Positions 19,269 through 29,259 of a stretch of 55,842 nt of DNA are shown one piece after another (positions within the stretch are counted from its first letter, which is position 1; every line of letters starts with the position of its first letter). The position numbers and the translations under genes were made by a program. The notes below the pieces were generated by a model that did no database searches, was not told the origin of the DNA, and saw nothing but the letters and a program-made list of their open reading frames with translations. Source of the DNA: an uncultured bacterium. GTDB lineage: Bacteria; Lernaellota; Lernaellaia; Lernaellales; Lernaellaceae. The stretch is from positions 1 to 55,842 of the forward strand of contig CAZHPN010000013.1 of the NCBI GenBank assembly GCA_964534375.1, given 5' to 3'.

Positions 19269-20609
19269 ATGCCTCGCCCAACCAAGCCCAGCGTTCTGCT
19301 CGTCAATCCGTGGATTCACGATTTCGCGGCGTTCGATTTCTGGGCGCGGCCGCTGGGCCTGCTGACGGTCGGCGGGGCGTTGCGCGAGGCGGGCGTCGCC
19401 GCGACGCTGCTCGATCTGACCGATGCGCAATCGCCGCACTTGCCGGCGGGGCTGCGCCCGCGGCGGCGGTTCGGCCGCGGGCGATTCCCGTCGCAGCAGA
19501 TTCCACGGCCCCGCGAGTTGCCGTTCATCAATCGCAAATTCCGCCGCTACGGTCTGCCGCCGGAGGCGGCCGAGGCGGCGCTGGCGGCGCTGCCGCGGCC
19601 CGACGCGGCGCTGGTCACCTCGATGATGACCTATTGGCATCCCGGCGTGCGCGAGACGATCGCGCTGCTCAAACGCCGCTGGCCGAAGTTGCCGGTTTTG
19701 CTCGGCGGCGTTTACGCCACGCTCTGCCCCGAGCACGCCCGCGCGCACATGGGCGCCGACCTGGTCGCGCCGGGGCCGCTGGAAGAGGCCGCGGCGGCCT
19801 TGGGCGAATTTCTCGGCGTCGCCATGCCGGCTTTCGATTCGGCCGATCCGCCTTCGCCGGCGTACGAACTCCATCCGCACGCCGACAGCGCGGCGTTGCT
19901 CACTTCGCGCGGCTGCCCGCGAGCGTGCCCGTACTGCGGCGTGCGGCGGCTGCAGCCGACGTTCGTGCGCTATTCGCCCGCGGCGGTCAAGCGCGACGCG
20001 CGGCGGCTAGTCGAGGAACTCGGCGTCGCCGACATCGCGCTCGTCGACGACGCCTTTCTGCACGATGCGGCCCGCGCGCTGGACATCCTCGGCCGCCTCG
20101 CGACGCTCGCGCCGCAGCCGCGCCTGCACGCGGCGTCCGGCCTTTCCTGCCGCGGGATCACGCCAGCCGTCGCCCGCGCGATGAAAGCGGCCGGCTTTGC
20201 GACGCTGCGCCTTGGTTTGGAAACGGCCGATCCGGCGCGGCAGCGGGACCTCGGCGGCAAGGCGACGTGCGACGATTTTCTCGAGGCGATCGGCAACCTT
20301 GCCGCCGCGGGCTTCGGCCGCGAGCAGGTTGGCGCATACGTGCTGATCGGGCTGCCGGATCAGGCGCCGGCGGAAGTCGAGGAGACCGTCGACTGGGTGT
20401 TCGGGCAGGGGATCCAGCCGCATCTGACCGAGTATTCGCCGACCCCCGGCAGCCCGCTGTTCGCCCGGGCGCGGCACATGTCGGCGTTCGATCTTTCCGA
20501 GCCGCTGTTTCACAACCCAACGCTGCTGCCGTGCGCCGACGCGGTGATGACCCGCGCGGCCGTGCAACGGATTCGCGAAAAAATCTCTCGGAGGCGGCGG
20601 GACGCGTAG
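19269..20609 (+). CDS. B12-binding-domain radical SAM protein
   Basis: LLVNPWIHDFAAFDFW, PLGL, GGVYAT, TSRGCPRACPYC (CxxxCxxC). Confidence 0.88.
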   Translation: MPRPTKPSVLLVNPWIHDFAAFDFWARPLGLLTVGGALREAGVAATLLDLTDAQSPHLPAGLRPRRRFGRGRFPSQQIPRPRELPFINRKFRRYGLPPEAAEAALAALPRPDAALVTSMMTYWHPGVRETIALLKRRWPKLPVLLGGVYATLCPEHARAHMGADLVAPGPLEEAAAALGEFLGVAMPAFDSADPPSPAYELHPHADSAALLTSRGCPRACPYCGVRRLQPTFVRYSPAAVKRDARRLVEELGVADIALVDDAFLHDAARALDILGRLATLAPQPRLHAASGLSCRGITPAVARAMKAAGFATLRLGLETADPARQRDLGGKATCDDFLEAIGNLAAAGFGREQVGAYVLIGLPDQAPAEVEETVDWVFGQGIQPHLTEYSPTPGSPLFARARHMSAFDLSEPLFHNPTLLPCADAVMTRAAVQRIREKISRRRRDA

Positions 20610-20634
20610 CGTGCCGAGGCGGCGCGGCCTGCTC

Positions 20635-20710
20635 CTCCCTCTCCCCTTGGGCGAGGGCTGGGGCGAGGGCCCTCACCTGGCCTACGGCCGACCTCTCCCA
20701 GAGGGAGAGG
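20635..20710. repeat. CCCTCACC...CCTCTCCC palindromic repeat doublet (copy 1)
   Basis: 20670-20710 is the reverse complement of 25783-25823 with 3 mismatches; sits between convergent genes. Confidence 0.8.
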
Positions 20711-20715
20711 ATCTT

Positions 20716-21336
20716 TCAGAACGTCTCGTCGAACGGCCCTTTGCCGAGACGCACCAATTCCGGCCGGCCGCTCATCAGCGAAATGATGGTGCTCGGCTCG
20801 GGGTAGATGTAGCCGGCGTCGATCACGAGACCGATCTGATGGCCGAAAATCTGCAGGATGTCATCCGGGTCGGCCAACAGTTCGCCGCCCGGCGCCGAGC
20901 AGCTCGTGCTGACCAGCGGTTCGCCGAGGACCTGGCCCAGGGCCGCGACAATATTGTCCTTTGGGCAGCGCAGACCGACTTCTTTGCGGGGCGTTTGCGT
21001 GATGCGCGGCGCGGCTTTGGTCGCCGGCAAAATGAATGTATAAGGCCCGGGCAGCAGGCGGCGCATGACGCGATAGGCCACGTCGTCGACGTTGGCGTAT
21101 TCGGCGATGTTGGACAAATCGGCGCAGAGCAGCGACAGCGGGCGCTTGAGGTCCTTCCCTTTGATCCGGTACAGCTCTTCGATGCCTTGCTTGTTGTGCA
21201 GGTGCACGCCCAGCGCGTACGTCGTATCCGTCGGATGGGCGATGATGCCGCCCTTTTTCAGGATCTCCGCCGCCTTCTGGATCAGCCGCATCTGCGGGTT
21301 ATCCGGATGAATGTGAAAGCGGTCGGCGTGCGCCAT
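20716..21336 (-). CDS. Sua5/YciO/YrdC family (threonylcarbamoyl-AMP synthase-like) protein
   Basis: IHPDNPQxR, PTDTxY, LLPGPYTFIL, STS, PSTII; YciO-like. Confidence 0.9.
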   Translation of the reverse strand: MAHADRFHIHPDNPQMRLIQKAAEILKKGGIIAHPTDTTYALGVHLHNKQGIEELYRIKGKDLKRPLSLLCADLSNIAEYANVDDVAYRVMRRLLPGPYTFILPATKAAPRITQTPRKEVGLRCPKDNIVAALGQVLGEPLVSTSCSAPGGELLADPDDILQIFGHQIGLVIDAGYIYPEPSTIISLMSGRPELVRLGKGPFDETF

Positions 21337-21350
21337 GGCGGTGTTCGCTA

Positions 21351-21914
21351 TTACTCCAGCGGCGAAGTGTCGTCGTCCGGCGAAGCGTCGTCATCCGGCG
21401 AGATGTCGTCGTCGTCGTCCGTCGTCTGGCCGACGTAGACCAAGCAGAAGGGCAGCAACACGCCGCCGGCGTCGTTCCAGACCATCACGCGGATTTCATT
21501 CGGCACGTCGATCGCGCCGCAGGTCTCGGCCAGGACGCGCACATCGAAATTTCCCTTCTGGGAAAAGAACGGCGAGATGCAAGTGTCATAGGCGTTCGTG
21601 CCGGGGCAGTCGATCGCCAGTTCGACATAGCCGCGAATCGGCGACGAGAAGTTGAACGTGCCGCTGATGTCGAACGCTTGGCCGTTGGCGACGTTCTTTG
21701 CCGTGCCGAGCACCCTCTTTACGGTGATAATATTGTCTTTGCCGGTCGGATCCGCGCAGGCGGCAAAGAACGGAATCGTCTGCAGGCCCGTGCTGGAGAT
21801 GTCGCACGGCGTCCCCAGGTTGGTGTTGGCCGTCTTGCCGCAGGCGACGATCGCGGCCGTCAACAAAATCGCACCCAGCAACAATGCCCAGAACCAGGTC
21901 GGCAGGCGTTTCAT
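21351..21914 (-). CDS. Hypothetical Cys-containing lipoprotein with Asp-rich tail
   Basis: RBS AGGAGG; lipobox IVAC; C-terminal DDDDDISPDDDASPDDDTSP. Confidence 0.8.
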   Translation of the reverse strand: MKRLPTWFWALLLGAILLTAAIVACGKTANTNLGTPCDISSTGLQTIPFFAACADPTGKDNIITVKRVLGTAKNVANGQAFDISGTFNFSSPIRGYVELAIDCPGTNAYDTCISPFFSQKGNFDVRVLAETCGAIDVPNEIRVMVWNDAGGVLLPFCLVYVGQTTDDDDDISPDDDASPDDDTSPLE

Positions 21915-22143
21915 CGCATTACCCTCCTGCGGCGAGCGGCGTTGCCGCCCGCGAATGCCAAGACACTAAAGAATAACGTCCGGAGTCGCAAGGGGCGGAC
22001 GCCTTGCGGACCCTGCGTCGCACAACCGGAGCAAGCCGCGGCATGAAGACCCCTTCACCGCGACCCCGGGATGCGTTAGGTTATCCTTGCTGCCCTTCTG
22101 GTGAAGAAATTCACGTTTGCGGCGACGGTTCTGGAGGTTGCGG

Positions 22144-24045
22144 ATGGTTGCGAAAAAACCGCTGAAGATCACCGACACCACGCTGCGCGACGCGCACCAG
22201 AGCCTGTTCGCGACGCGCCTGCGTTTCGCCGACATGGAGCCGATCATCGAAAAGCTGGACGCGGCCGGCTTCCATTCGCTCGAGGTCTGGGGCGGCGCGA
22301 CCTTCGACGTGACCCACCGGTTCCTGCAGGAGGACCCGTGGGAGCGCCTGCGCGAAATCAAAAAGCGCGCGAAGCATACGCCGCTGCAGATGCTGCTGCG
22401 CGCGCAGAACCTCGTCGGCTACCGCAATTACGCCGACGACGTCGTGCGCGCGTTTTGCCGGCACGCCGTCGATTGCGGCATGGACATCTTCCGCGTGTTC
22501 GACGCGCTCAACGACGCGCGCAATTTCGAAACGGCGTTCGCCGCGCTGCGCGAAACGGGCGCGCACATTCAGGCGGCGATCTCCTTCTCGACGACCGAGC
22601 GGCGCATCGGCGGGCCGGTGTTCACGCTCGACTATTACAAGCAAAAGGCGGTGGAATTCGTCGGCATGGGCGCGCATTCGCTGTGCATCAAAGACATGGC
22701 GGGCATTTTGTCGCCCGAGGACGCGCGATTGCTGGTCGTCGAGTTGAAGAAAATCGTCGCCGTGCCGATCCAGCTTCACACGCATTTCACGGCGGGCCTG
22801 GGCGACCTCGCCTATTTTCACGCGGCGCACGCCGGCGTCGACGTGATCGACTGCTCGGTGTCGCCGTTCGCCTATCGCAGCGGCCAGCCGGCGGCCGAAC
22901 CGTTGATTGTCGCGCTCGAAGGCACCGCGCGCGACACCGGGCTGCGCCTCGAACCGCTCTACGAGATCGCCGAATATCTCGAATCGATCGCGCCGAAATA
23001 TCGCCATTTCGCCGGCGGCGCCAAAATCTCGATCATCGACATCGGCGTGCTGCGGCACCAGATTCCCGGCGGCATGCTCAGCAACCTGATCAACCAGCTT
23101 CGCGAGGCCGACGCCCTCGACAAGCTCGACGAGGTGTACCGCGAGTTGCCGCAGACGCGGAAAGATTTGGGGTATCCGCCGCTGGTGACGCCGACCAGCC
23201 AAATCGTCGGCGTGCAGGCCGTGATGAACGTGCTCGGCGGCGAGCGCTACAAACTGGTCAGCCAGGAGGTCAAGGATTACTGCTACGGCCTTTACGGCCG
23301 GCCGCCCGCGCCGATCGACCCCGAGGTGCGACGCCGTTGCCTGAGAGGCTACGCGCGGGGCGAAACGCCGATCGACTCCCGCCCGGCAGACGTGCTCGAA
23401 CCCGAGATGGACAAAGCCTTCGCCGCGATCAAGGAGTTTTCGGCCGACCCCGGCGACGCCCTGACCTATGCGCTCTACCCGCGCTCCGGCCTCGCTTTCC
23501 TGCGCTACAAATACGGGCTCGACCAAGCCCCGCCCGGCGAAAAGGCGAAGACGCTGGCCGAGGTTAAGAAAGAGGACGACCTTATTAAGAAGGTCCTCGC
23601 CGGCGCGCCGTTGGAGCAACCGCGGGCTTTCGACGCGGGCCGCGCCCAGACCGTGCGCGTGGCCGTCGAGGGCGAGGTGTTCGAGGTGCAGGTCGAGTTG
23701 CCGGACGCGCTCGCCCCGGCGCCGGCCGCGAAGCCGATGCTGGCGTTCGGACCGAAGGCCCCGGCGAACCACGTCGCCACGAAACCGGCGGCGATGGACG
23801 GCGCCGCGCCCCCGCAGGCCGCGCCTGCGGGCAAGGGCGATATCGTGGCGCCGATGCCCGGGCTCGTCGTGCGGCTGCTGGCGCGCGAGGGCGACACGGT
23901 TCAGGCGGGCCAGCCGGTTGTTATTTTGGAAGCGATGAAAATGGAAAACGCCCTGCCGGCGCCGATCGCCGGCAAGGTGAAAAGCCTCTTGAAAGCCGCC
24001 GGTTCCACTGTCAAACGCGGCGAAACGCTGGCGGTCATCGAGTAA
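22144..24045 (+). CDS. Pyruvate carboxylase subunit B / oxaloacetate decarboxylase alpha (carboxyltransferase plus biotinyl domain)
   Basis: LRDAHQSL, WGGATFD, CIKDMAG, HxH, LVTPTSQIVG, EAMKM biotin site. Confidence 0.93.
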   Translation: MVAKKPLKITDTTLRDAHQSLFATRLRFADMEPIIEKLDAAGFHSLEVWGGATFDVTHRFLQEDPWERLREIKKRAKHTPLQMLLRAQNLVGYRNYADDVVRAFCRHAVDCGMDIFRVFDALNDARNFETAFAALRETGAHIQAAISFSTTERRIGGPVFTLDYYKQKAVEFVGMGAHSLCIKDMAGILSPEDARLLVVELKKIVAVPIQLHTHFTAGLGDLAYFHAAHAGVDVIDCSVSPFAYRSGQPAAEPLIVALEGTARDTGLRLEPLYEIAEYLESIAPKYRHFAGGAKISIIDIGVLRHQIPGGMLSNLINQLREADALDKLDEVYRELPQTRKDLGYPPLVTPTSQIVGVQAVMNVLGGERYKLVSQEVKDYCYGLYGRPPAPIDPEVRRRCLRGYARGETPIDSRPADVLEPEMDKAFAAIKEFSADPGDALTYALYPRSGLAFLRYKYGLDQAPPGEKAKTLAEVKKEDDLIKKVLAGAPLEQPRAFDAGRAQTVRVAVEGEVFEVQVELPDALAPAPAAKPMLAFGPKAPANHVATKPAAMDGAAPPQAAPAGKGDIVAPMPGLVVRLLAREGDTVQAGQPVVILEAMKMENALPAPIAGKVKSLLKAAGSTVKRGETLAVIE

Positions 24046-24234
24046 CGGCCGACCCGCTTGCGGGGCGCGCCGTTCGGGTTTTCCGCTGCCTCAATAAAAC
24101 CGGGCGCGCCGGCTGGAAAATTCGCGTGTTTTGGTTATGTTTGTTCTGAACTTTTTGTCGATCACGCGGTCTAATTTCGAAAAACCGGCGTGCCGGGGGT
24201 GCGTTTTCCCCCGGCCGTAATTGGGAGAAAACCG

Positions 24235-25728
24235 ATGTCCCGCAAAAGAACATTGTTGTTTGTTGTTTTGGCGCTGCTGTTTGCCTTCGGGCTGGCCGCC
24301 TGCCGCTTCCCGTACAAACGCGAAGCCAAGACGCCGCATCCGGCGGCGGCGCCGAGGATCGAGGAGGGCGCGAAGATCGCCCCGCCGCAGGTTCGCGCCA
24401 CCGAGGGTTACTCCGACGTCTGCGAAAAAGCCGTGAAAAGCGTGGTCAACATTTCGTCCACGAAGATCCTGCACAACCGGCCGCAAGAGCTGTCGCCGTT
24501 GTTCAGCGACCCGTTCTTCCGCCGCTTCTTCGGCGAACCCCGGGGCGGCATGCCACGCGAGCGGCCGGAACGCGCCCTGGGCAGCGGCGTGATCGTCAGC
24601 AAGGACGGCTACATCCTGACCAATAACCACGTGGTCTCCGACGCCGACGAAGTGCTGGTCGTGACCTCCGACGGGCGTGAATTGAAGGCGAAGATCATCG
24701 GCGCCGACGAGAAAAGCGATGTCGCGGTGTTGAAGGTTCCCGCGGACAACCTCGAGCCGATGCCGCTGGGCGATTCGGCGAAGCTGCGTTTGGGCGAGGT
24801 GGTGCTGGCGATCGGCAACCCGTTCGGCCTGTCGGGCACCGTGACGATGGGCATCGTTTCGGCGGTCGGCCGCGCCAACGTGGGCATCACCGATTACGAA
24901 GATTTCATCCAGACCGACGCGGCGATCAACCCGGGCAATTCGGGCGGGGCGCTGATCAACACCCGCGGCGAATTGGTCGGCATCAACACGGCGATCTTCT
25001 CGCAAAGCGGCGGCAGCGTCGGCGTCGGGTTCGCCATTCCAATGGACATGGCGCGGTCGGTGATGGATAGCCTGGTGAAGTACGGCCGCGTCGAGCGCGG
25101 CTTCCTCGGCGTCAGCATTCAGGATGTGCGGCCCGACATGGCCGCCGCGCTCGGCCTCGCCAACCCGGGCGGCGCCCTGGTCGGCGACGTCACCAAAGAC
25201 AGCCCGGCGAAAGAGGCCGGGTTCGAGCGCGGCGACGTTGTCGTGAAGTTCAACGGCAAGGACGTGCACGACGCCAGCCACTTCCGCAACCTCGTTTCCG
25301 AGACCCCGCCCGGCACGAAGGCGGAGGTCGTGGTGATCCGCGACAAGAAGGAAAAAACGCTGACCGTCACCGTCGGCCATCAGGCCGGCGAGAAGACGGC
25401 GGCCGGGGGCGAACCGGGGAACCACGAAGAAAAGGAAGAGGCGGACGCGTCGGTCGGCATGACCGTCAGCAACCTGACGCCGGAACTGCGCCGCCGCCTC
25501 GAGATTTCCGCCGACGTCGCCGGCATCGTGGTCACGCGCGTGCAACCCGGCAGCCGCGCCGCCGAGGCGGGCCTGCGCAGCGGCGCCGTCATCCTCGAAG
25601 CGAACCGCGAAGCCGTGCACAACGTCGCCGACTTCAAGCGCCTGGTCGGCCATGCCCCCGAGGGCAAAGTCCTGCTGCTGGTCAGCTACAACGGCTCGAC
25701 GAGCTTCGTGCTGCTGCGGACGAAGTAA
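24235..25728 (+). CDS. degP: DegP/HtrA (Do) serine protease with two PDZ domains, lipoprotein-type signal
   Basis: GSGVI, TNNHV, DxAV, QTDAAINPGNSGG; signal ends GLAAC. Confidence 0.93.
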   Translation: MSRKRTLLFVVLALLFAFGLAACRFPYKREAKTPHPAAAPRIEEGAKIAPPQVRATEGYSDVCEKAVKSVVNISSTKILHNRPQELSPLFSDPFFRRFFGEPRGGMPRERPERALGSGVIVSKDGYILTNNHVVSDADEVLVVTSDGRELKAKIIGADEKSDVAVLKVPADNLEPMPLGDSAKLRLGEVVLAIGNPFGLSGTVTMGIVSAVGRANVGITDYEDFIQTDAAINPGNSGGALINTRGELVGINTAIFSQSGGSVGVGFAIPMDMARSVMDSLVKYGRVERGFLGVSIQDVRPDMAAALGLANPGGALVGDVTKDSPAKEAGFERGDVVVKFNGKDVHDASHFRNLVSETPPGTKAEVVVIRDKKEKTLTVTVGHQAGEKTAAGGEPGNHEEKEEADASVGMTVSNLTPELRRRLEISADVAGIVVTRVQPGSRAAEAGLRSGAVILEANREAVHNVADFKRLVGHAPEGKVLLLVSYNGSTSFVLLRTK

Positions 25729-25735
25729 CGCCGAC

Positions 25736-25823
25736 CGGCCGACCTCTCCCTTTGGGAGAGGTCGGCCGCAAGCCGCAAAACACCTCTCCCTTTGGGAGAG
25801 GTCGGCCGCAGGCCGGGTGAGGG
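25736..25823. repeat. CCTCTCCC palindromic repeat doublet (copy 2)
   Basis: Perfect hairpin cggccgacctctccc-ttt-gggagaggtcggccg followed by a second unit ending gggtgaggg. Confidence 0.8.
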
Positions 25824-25854
25824 TTGCCGCCGAATTTTTTCACCGCCAAGGTGC

Positions 25855-26053
25855 GGGTTCCGGGTTCCGGGATTTGGGACAGGGGACGGAGGATCGGGGT
25901 TCAGGAGCGGAGGGCCGACCACCGGCCACTGACCACCGGCCACTGACCACTGTTTTTGGGTTCGGGATTCGGGATTCCCGCATCCGCCAAGGCTTCGGCG
26001 GAAAGGCCGGCATTCGGAACAGGCCGGCCGACCACTGCTCACTGTTCACTGTT
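25855..26053. repeat. Degenerate heptamer tandem repeats
   Basis: Runs of ggttccg/ggattcg, gaccacc/ggccact and tcactgt, all with 7-nt period. Confidence 0.7.
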
Positions 26054-26184
26054 CGCTGCCCTTGCGTTGCCGCCCGGCTCCCGGGGGGATTGCCCAATCC
26101 AGTTGTAATTGTTTATTATCTTAACAAACACGGACCATGCTCAAAAATAACCGCGTTCCCCGGGCGCCGACAGGAGACGCTGCC

Positions 26185-28200
26185 ATGACCCCCTGCAATT
26201 CGCGCGCTGTGTGCGTGTCCAATGACCGGATGCGGTTCGGCAAAGCGGCCGCATTGTTGCTGATTTTTCTGGCCGCCTGCCTCGGCGCGTGCTCGCGGTC
26301 GTCCGGGCGGGCGACCGGCGCCAGCGACGCCTCGGCGACCGTCGTCAAGGCCAACGCGGAGGTCGCCAAGACGTGGGATTTGTCCGACCCGCCCGCCTTC
26401 GCCGACGCCAGGCGCGGGTTCATCGCCGCGCCGCAGGGGCAGGTCAAGGACGCCGCCGGCAATGTCGTCTGGGATTTCGGCGACTTTGCCTTCGTCAAGG
26501 GACCGGCGCCGAGCACGGTGAACCCAAGCCTCTGGCGTCAGGCGCTGCTGAACAACCAGGTCGGGCTGTTCAAGGTCACGGAGGGCATCTGGCAGCTTCG
26601 CGGCTTCGACCTGGCCAACATCACGCTGATTCAGGGCAAAACGGGCTGGATCGTCGTCGACACGCTGACGTGCCGCGAGACCGCCGCTTTCGCGATGGCC
26701 TTCGCGCGCGCCCGTCTGGGCGACCAGAAGGTCTCCGCGGTGATCTTCACGCACAGCCACGTCGACCACTTCGGCGGCGTGCTGGGGGTGATCTCCGCCG
26801 AGGAGGCCAAAGCGCGAAACGTGCCGGTGGTCGCGCCGGCCGGCTTCATGGAAGAGGCCACCAGCGAGAACGTGCTGCTCGGCACGGCGATGGGGCGGCG
26901 CGCGATGTACATGTACGGCGTCGAACTGCCGCCGTCCGCCGTCGGGCGGGTCGACGACGGGTTGGGCAAGGGCCTGGGCATCGGCCGCGTCGGCATCCTG
27001 ACGCCGACCGTCGTCGTCGAGCAGCCGCGGCAGGAATTGACGCTCGACGGCGTGCGTTTCGTTTTCTACAACGTGCCGGCGACCGAGGCGCCCTCGGAGT
27101 TCGTCTTCGCCGTGCCCGATCTGCGCGCCTTCGGCGGCGCCGAGATGATGAGCCACACGCTGCACAACCTGTACACGCTGCGCGGGGCCAAGGTGCGCGA
27201 TGCGATGAAGTGGGCGGATTTCCTCGACCAGTCGCTGTCCTGGGTCGGCGACGCCGACGTCATCTTCACGCAGCATCACTGGCCGGTTTGGGGGCGCGAG
27301 CAGATTCGCCATTACCTCGTGATGCAACGCGACGCCTTCTCCTACATCCACGACCAGTCCGTCCGCCTGATGAACAGCGGCTTCACCGGGCCCGAGGTCG
27401 CCGAAACGCTCGAGCTGCCCAAGACGCTGCGCGACGACCTGGACGTCCACGGCTACTACGGCACGGTGCGCCACAACGCGCGCGCCGTGTGCCAGTTCTA
27501 CCTGGGCTGGTTCGACGCCAACCCCGCCAACCTGGATCAACTGCCGCCCGTCGACGCCGGCAAGCGCTACGTCAAGCTGGCCGGCGGCGTCAAAAAGGTC
27601 GTCGCGGCGGCGCAACGGGCCTATGACGCCGGCGAGTACCGCTGGGCGGCGGAGCTTTTGAAGCATGCGGTCTACGCCGAGCCGAAGAACAAGGCGGCGG
27701 CCGAATTGCTGGCGAAGACCTTCGACCAGATGGGCTATCTGGCCGAGTCGGGGCCGTGGCGGAACTTCTACCTGACCGGCGCGCTGGAACTGCGCCACGG
27801 CCGGCCCCACAAGGGCAATGCAATGACCCAGGCCCTGGACCTGCTGCAAAACACGCCGGTCGAGCGGTTCCTCGAGCGCATGGCGGCCTCGCTCGACGGG
27901 CCCAAGGCCGGCGACAGCCATTTGAAGATCAACCTCGTCTTTTCCGATCTGGGCGACAGCTACGTGTTGTGGATCGAAAACGCGGTCTTGCATTTCAAAA
28001 AGGCGCCCGCCGCGGCGGACGCCGCCGCCACGTTGACGCTGACCAAGGCTTTTTACCTGCGGATGATGACGGGCGAGGTCGGCGGCAAAGATCTGCTGCT
28101 CTCGAACCAGGTCAAAATCGACGGCAGCAAGATCGAACTCGGCCGCTTCTTCGCGCTGTTCGAAAAGGCGAACGAGCTCTTTCCGATCGTCACGCGCTGA
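26185..28200 (+). CDS. SdsA1-like alkyl/aryl sulfatase (MBL fold, dimerisation and SCP2-like domains)
   Basis: NPSLWRQ, THSHVDHFGG, HNLYTLRGAKVRD, HHWP, YLGWFDANPA, WRNFYL; start 26185 (RBS AGGAG) or 26230. Confidence 0.92.
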   Translation: MTPCNSRAVCVSNDRMRFGKAAALLLIFLAACLGACSRSSGRATGASDASATVVKANAEVAKTWDLSDPPAFADARRGFIAAPQGQVKDAAGNVVWDFGDFAFVKGPAPSTVNPSLWRQALLNNQVGLFKVTEGIWQLRGFDLANITLIQGKTGWIVVDTLTCRETAAFAMAFARARLGDQKVSAVIFTHSHVDHFGGVLGVISAEEAKARNVPVVAPAGFMEEATSENVLLGTAMGRRAMYMYGVELPPSAVGRVDDGLGKGLGIGRVGILTPTVVVEQPRQELTLDGVRFVFYNVPATEAPSEFVFAVPDLRAFGGAEMMSHTLHNLYTLRGAKVRDAMKWADFLDQSLSWVGDADVIFTQHHWPVWGREQIRHYLVMQRDAFSYIHDQSVRLMNSGFTGPEVAETLELPKTLRDDLDVHGYYGTVRHNARAVCQFYLGWFDANPANLDQLPPVDAGKRYVKLAGGVKKVVAAAQRAYDAGEYRWAAELLKHAVYAEPKNKAAAELLAKTFDQMGYLAESGPWRNFYLTGALELRHGRPHKGNAMTQALDLLQNTPVERFLERMAASLDGPKAGDSHLKINLVFSDLGDSYVLWIENAVLHFKKAPAAADAAATLTLTKAFYLRMMTGEVGGKDLLLSNQVKIDGSKIELGRFFALFEKANELFPIVTR

Positions 28201-28387
28201 GCGGCCGGAAAAACCCGCGCGTCGGCGCGACCGGCGCACTCGCCGCCAAAAAATAACGGGGCCGGGCCAAAGCGCCCGACCCTGTTTTGTTTGGCGGAAT
28301 TTATCCCAATTTGCGATTCGTGCTGCACCGCCTGGATCGCCGTCCGGCCGGCGTGCTATAAGCAACGCCACGCCGCAAGGAGAAACC

Positions 28388-29212
28388 ATGGACTTTTCCC
28401 AAATCGCTTACGAGCAGCAAGGCGAAGTTTGCGTGATCCGCTTTGCCCGGCCGGACGCGATGAATTGCATCGGCCCGATCGGCCACAACGAGTTGATCCG
28501 GGCGTGGACCGCCTTCCGCGACGACGCGACGGCCAAGGTTGCCGTCCTCACGGGCGAAGGCGATCGCGCTTTTTGCGCCGGGGGCGACCTGAAAGATCCG
28601 CCGGTCAGCTCCGATCCGGAAGAAATTGCCGCGCACAACCGAGGCGAACGGCTGGGCTTCATCGGCCCGACGCGCATGACGGACATTTACAAGCCGATCA
28701 TCGCCGCGATCAACGGCGTCGCCTACGCGGGCGGCCTTGAATGGGCCTGCTTCGCCGACATTCGCATCGCCGAGGAGCACGCCACGTTCGGCGTCACCTG
28801 CCGCCGCTGGAACGTCGGCCTGGGCGACGGCGGCACCCAGCGGCTGCCGCGCATCGTCGGCATGGGCCGCGCGCTCGACCTGATTCTCACCGGCCGCGTC
28901 ATTGACGCTCGGGAAGCCGAACGCATCGGCCTGGTCAACCGCGTGGTCCCGAAAGGACAGTCGATGAAAGCATCTCTGGAATTGGCGGAATATCTCTGCA
29001 CGCTTCCGCAGCCGGCCATGCGCACCGACAAAGAGGCCGCGATCCGAGGATTTGGGTTGCCGCTGGATGAAGGTTTGAAGATCGAGGCCCAGTGCTTCAA
29101 CAAGTCGATTTTCCAACCCGAAACCGCCGAAGGGCTGCGGCGATTCGCCGAACGCGACCACCCGGACCGGGCAACAAGCGGTTCGCCGGTTACGCCCGGG
29201 TTGAGGAAATAG
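28388..29212 (+). CDS. Enoyl-CoA hydratase/isomerase family protein
   Basis: AFCAGGDL, KPIIAAINGxAxAGGLE, GGTQRLPR, AxEAxxIGLVN. Confidence 0.93.
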   Translation: MDFSQIAYEQQGEVCVIRFARPDAMNCIGPIGHNELIRAWTAFRDDATAKVAVLTGEGDRAFCAGGDLKDPPVSSDPEEIAAHNRGERLGFIGPTRMTDIYKPIIAAINGVAYAGGLEWACFADIRIAEEHATFGVTCRRWNVGLGDGGTQRLPRIVGMGRALDLILTGRVIDAREAERIGLVNRVVPKGQSMKASLELAEYLCTLPQPAMRTDKEAAIRGFGLPLDEGLKIEAQCFNKSIFQPETAEGLRRFAERDHPDRATSGSPVTPGLRK

Positions 29213-29259
29213 TTGAGGAAAGCGCCCCGCGAAGGCAACGCGCCGACCCGCCGCCTGGA

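Noticed and set aside
20590..20602. ggaggcggcggga matching the tmRNA att core as the other island end
   Set aside because: Only 13 GC-rich nt, inside the end of a housekeeping-like CDS and missing the GTCGAAC part; probably chance
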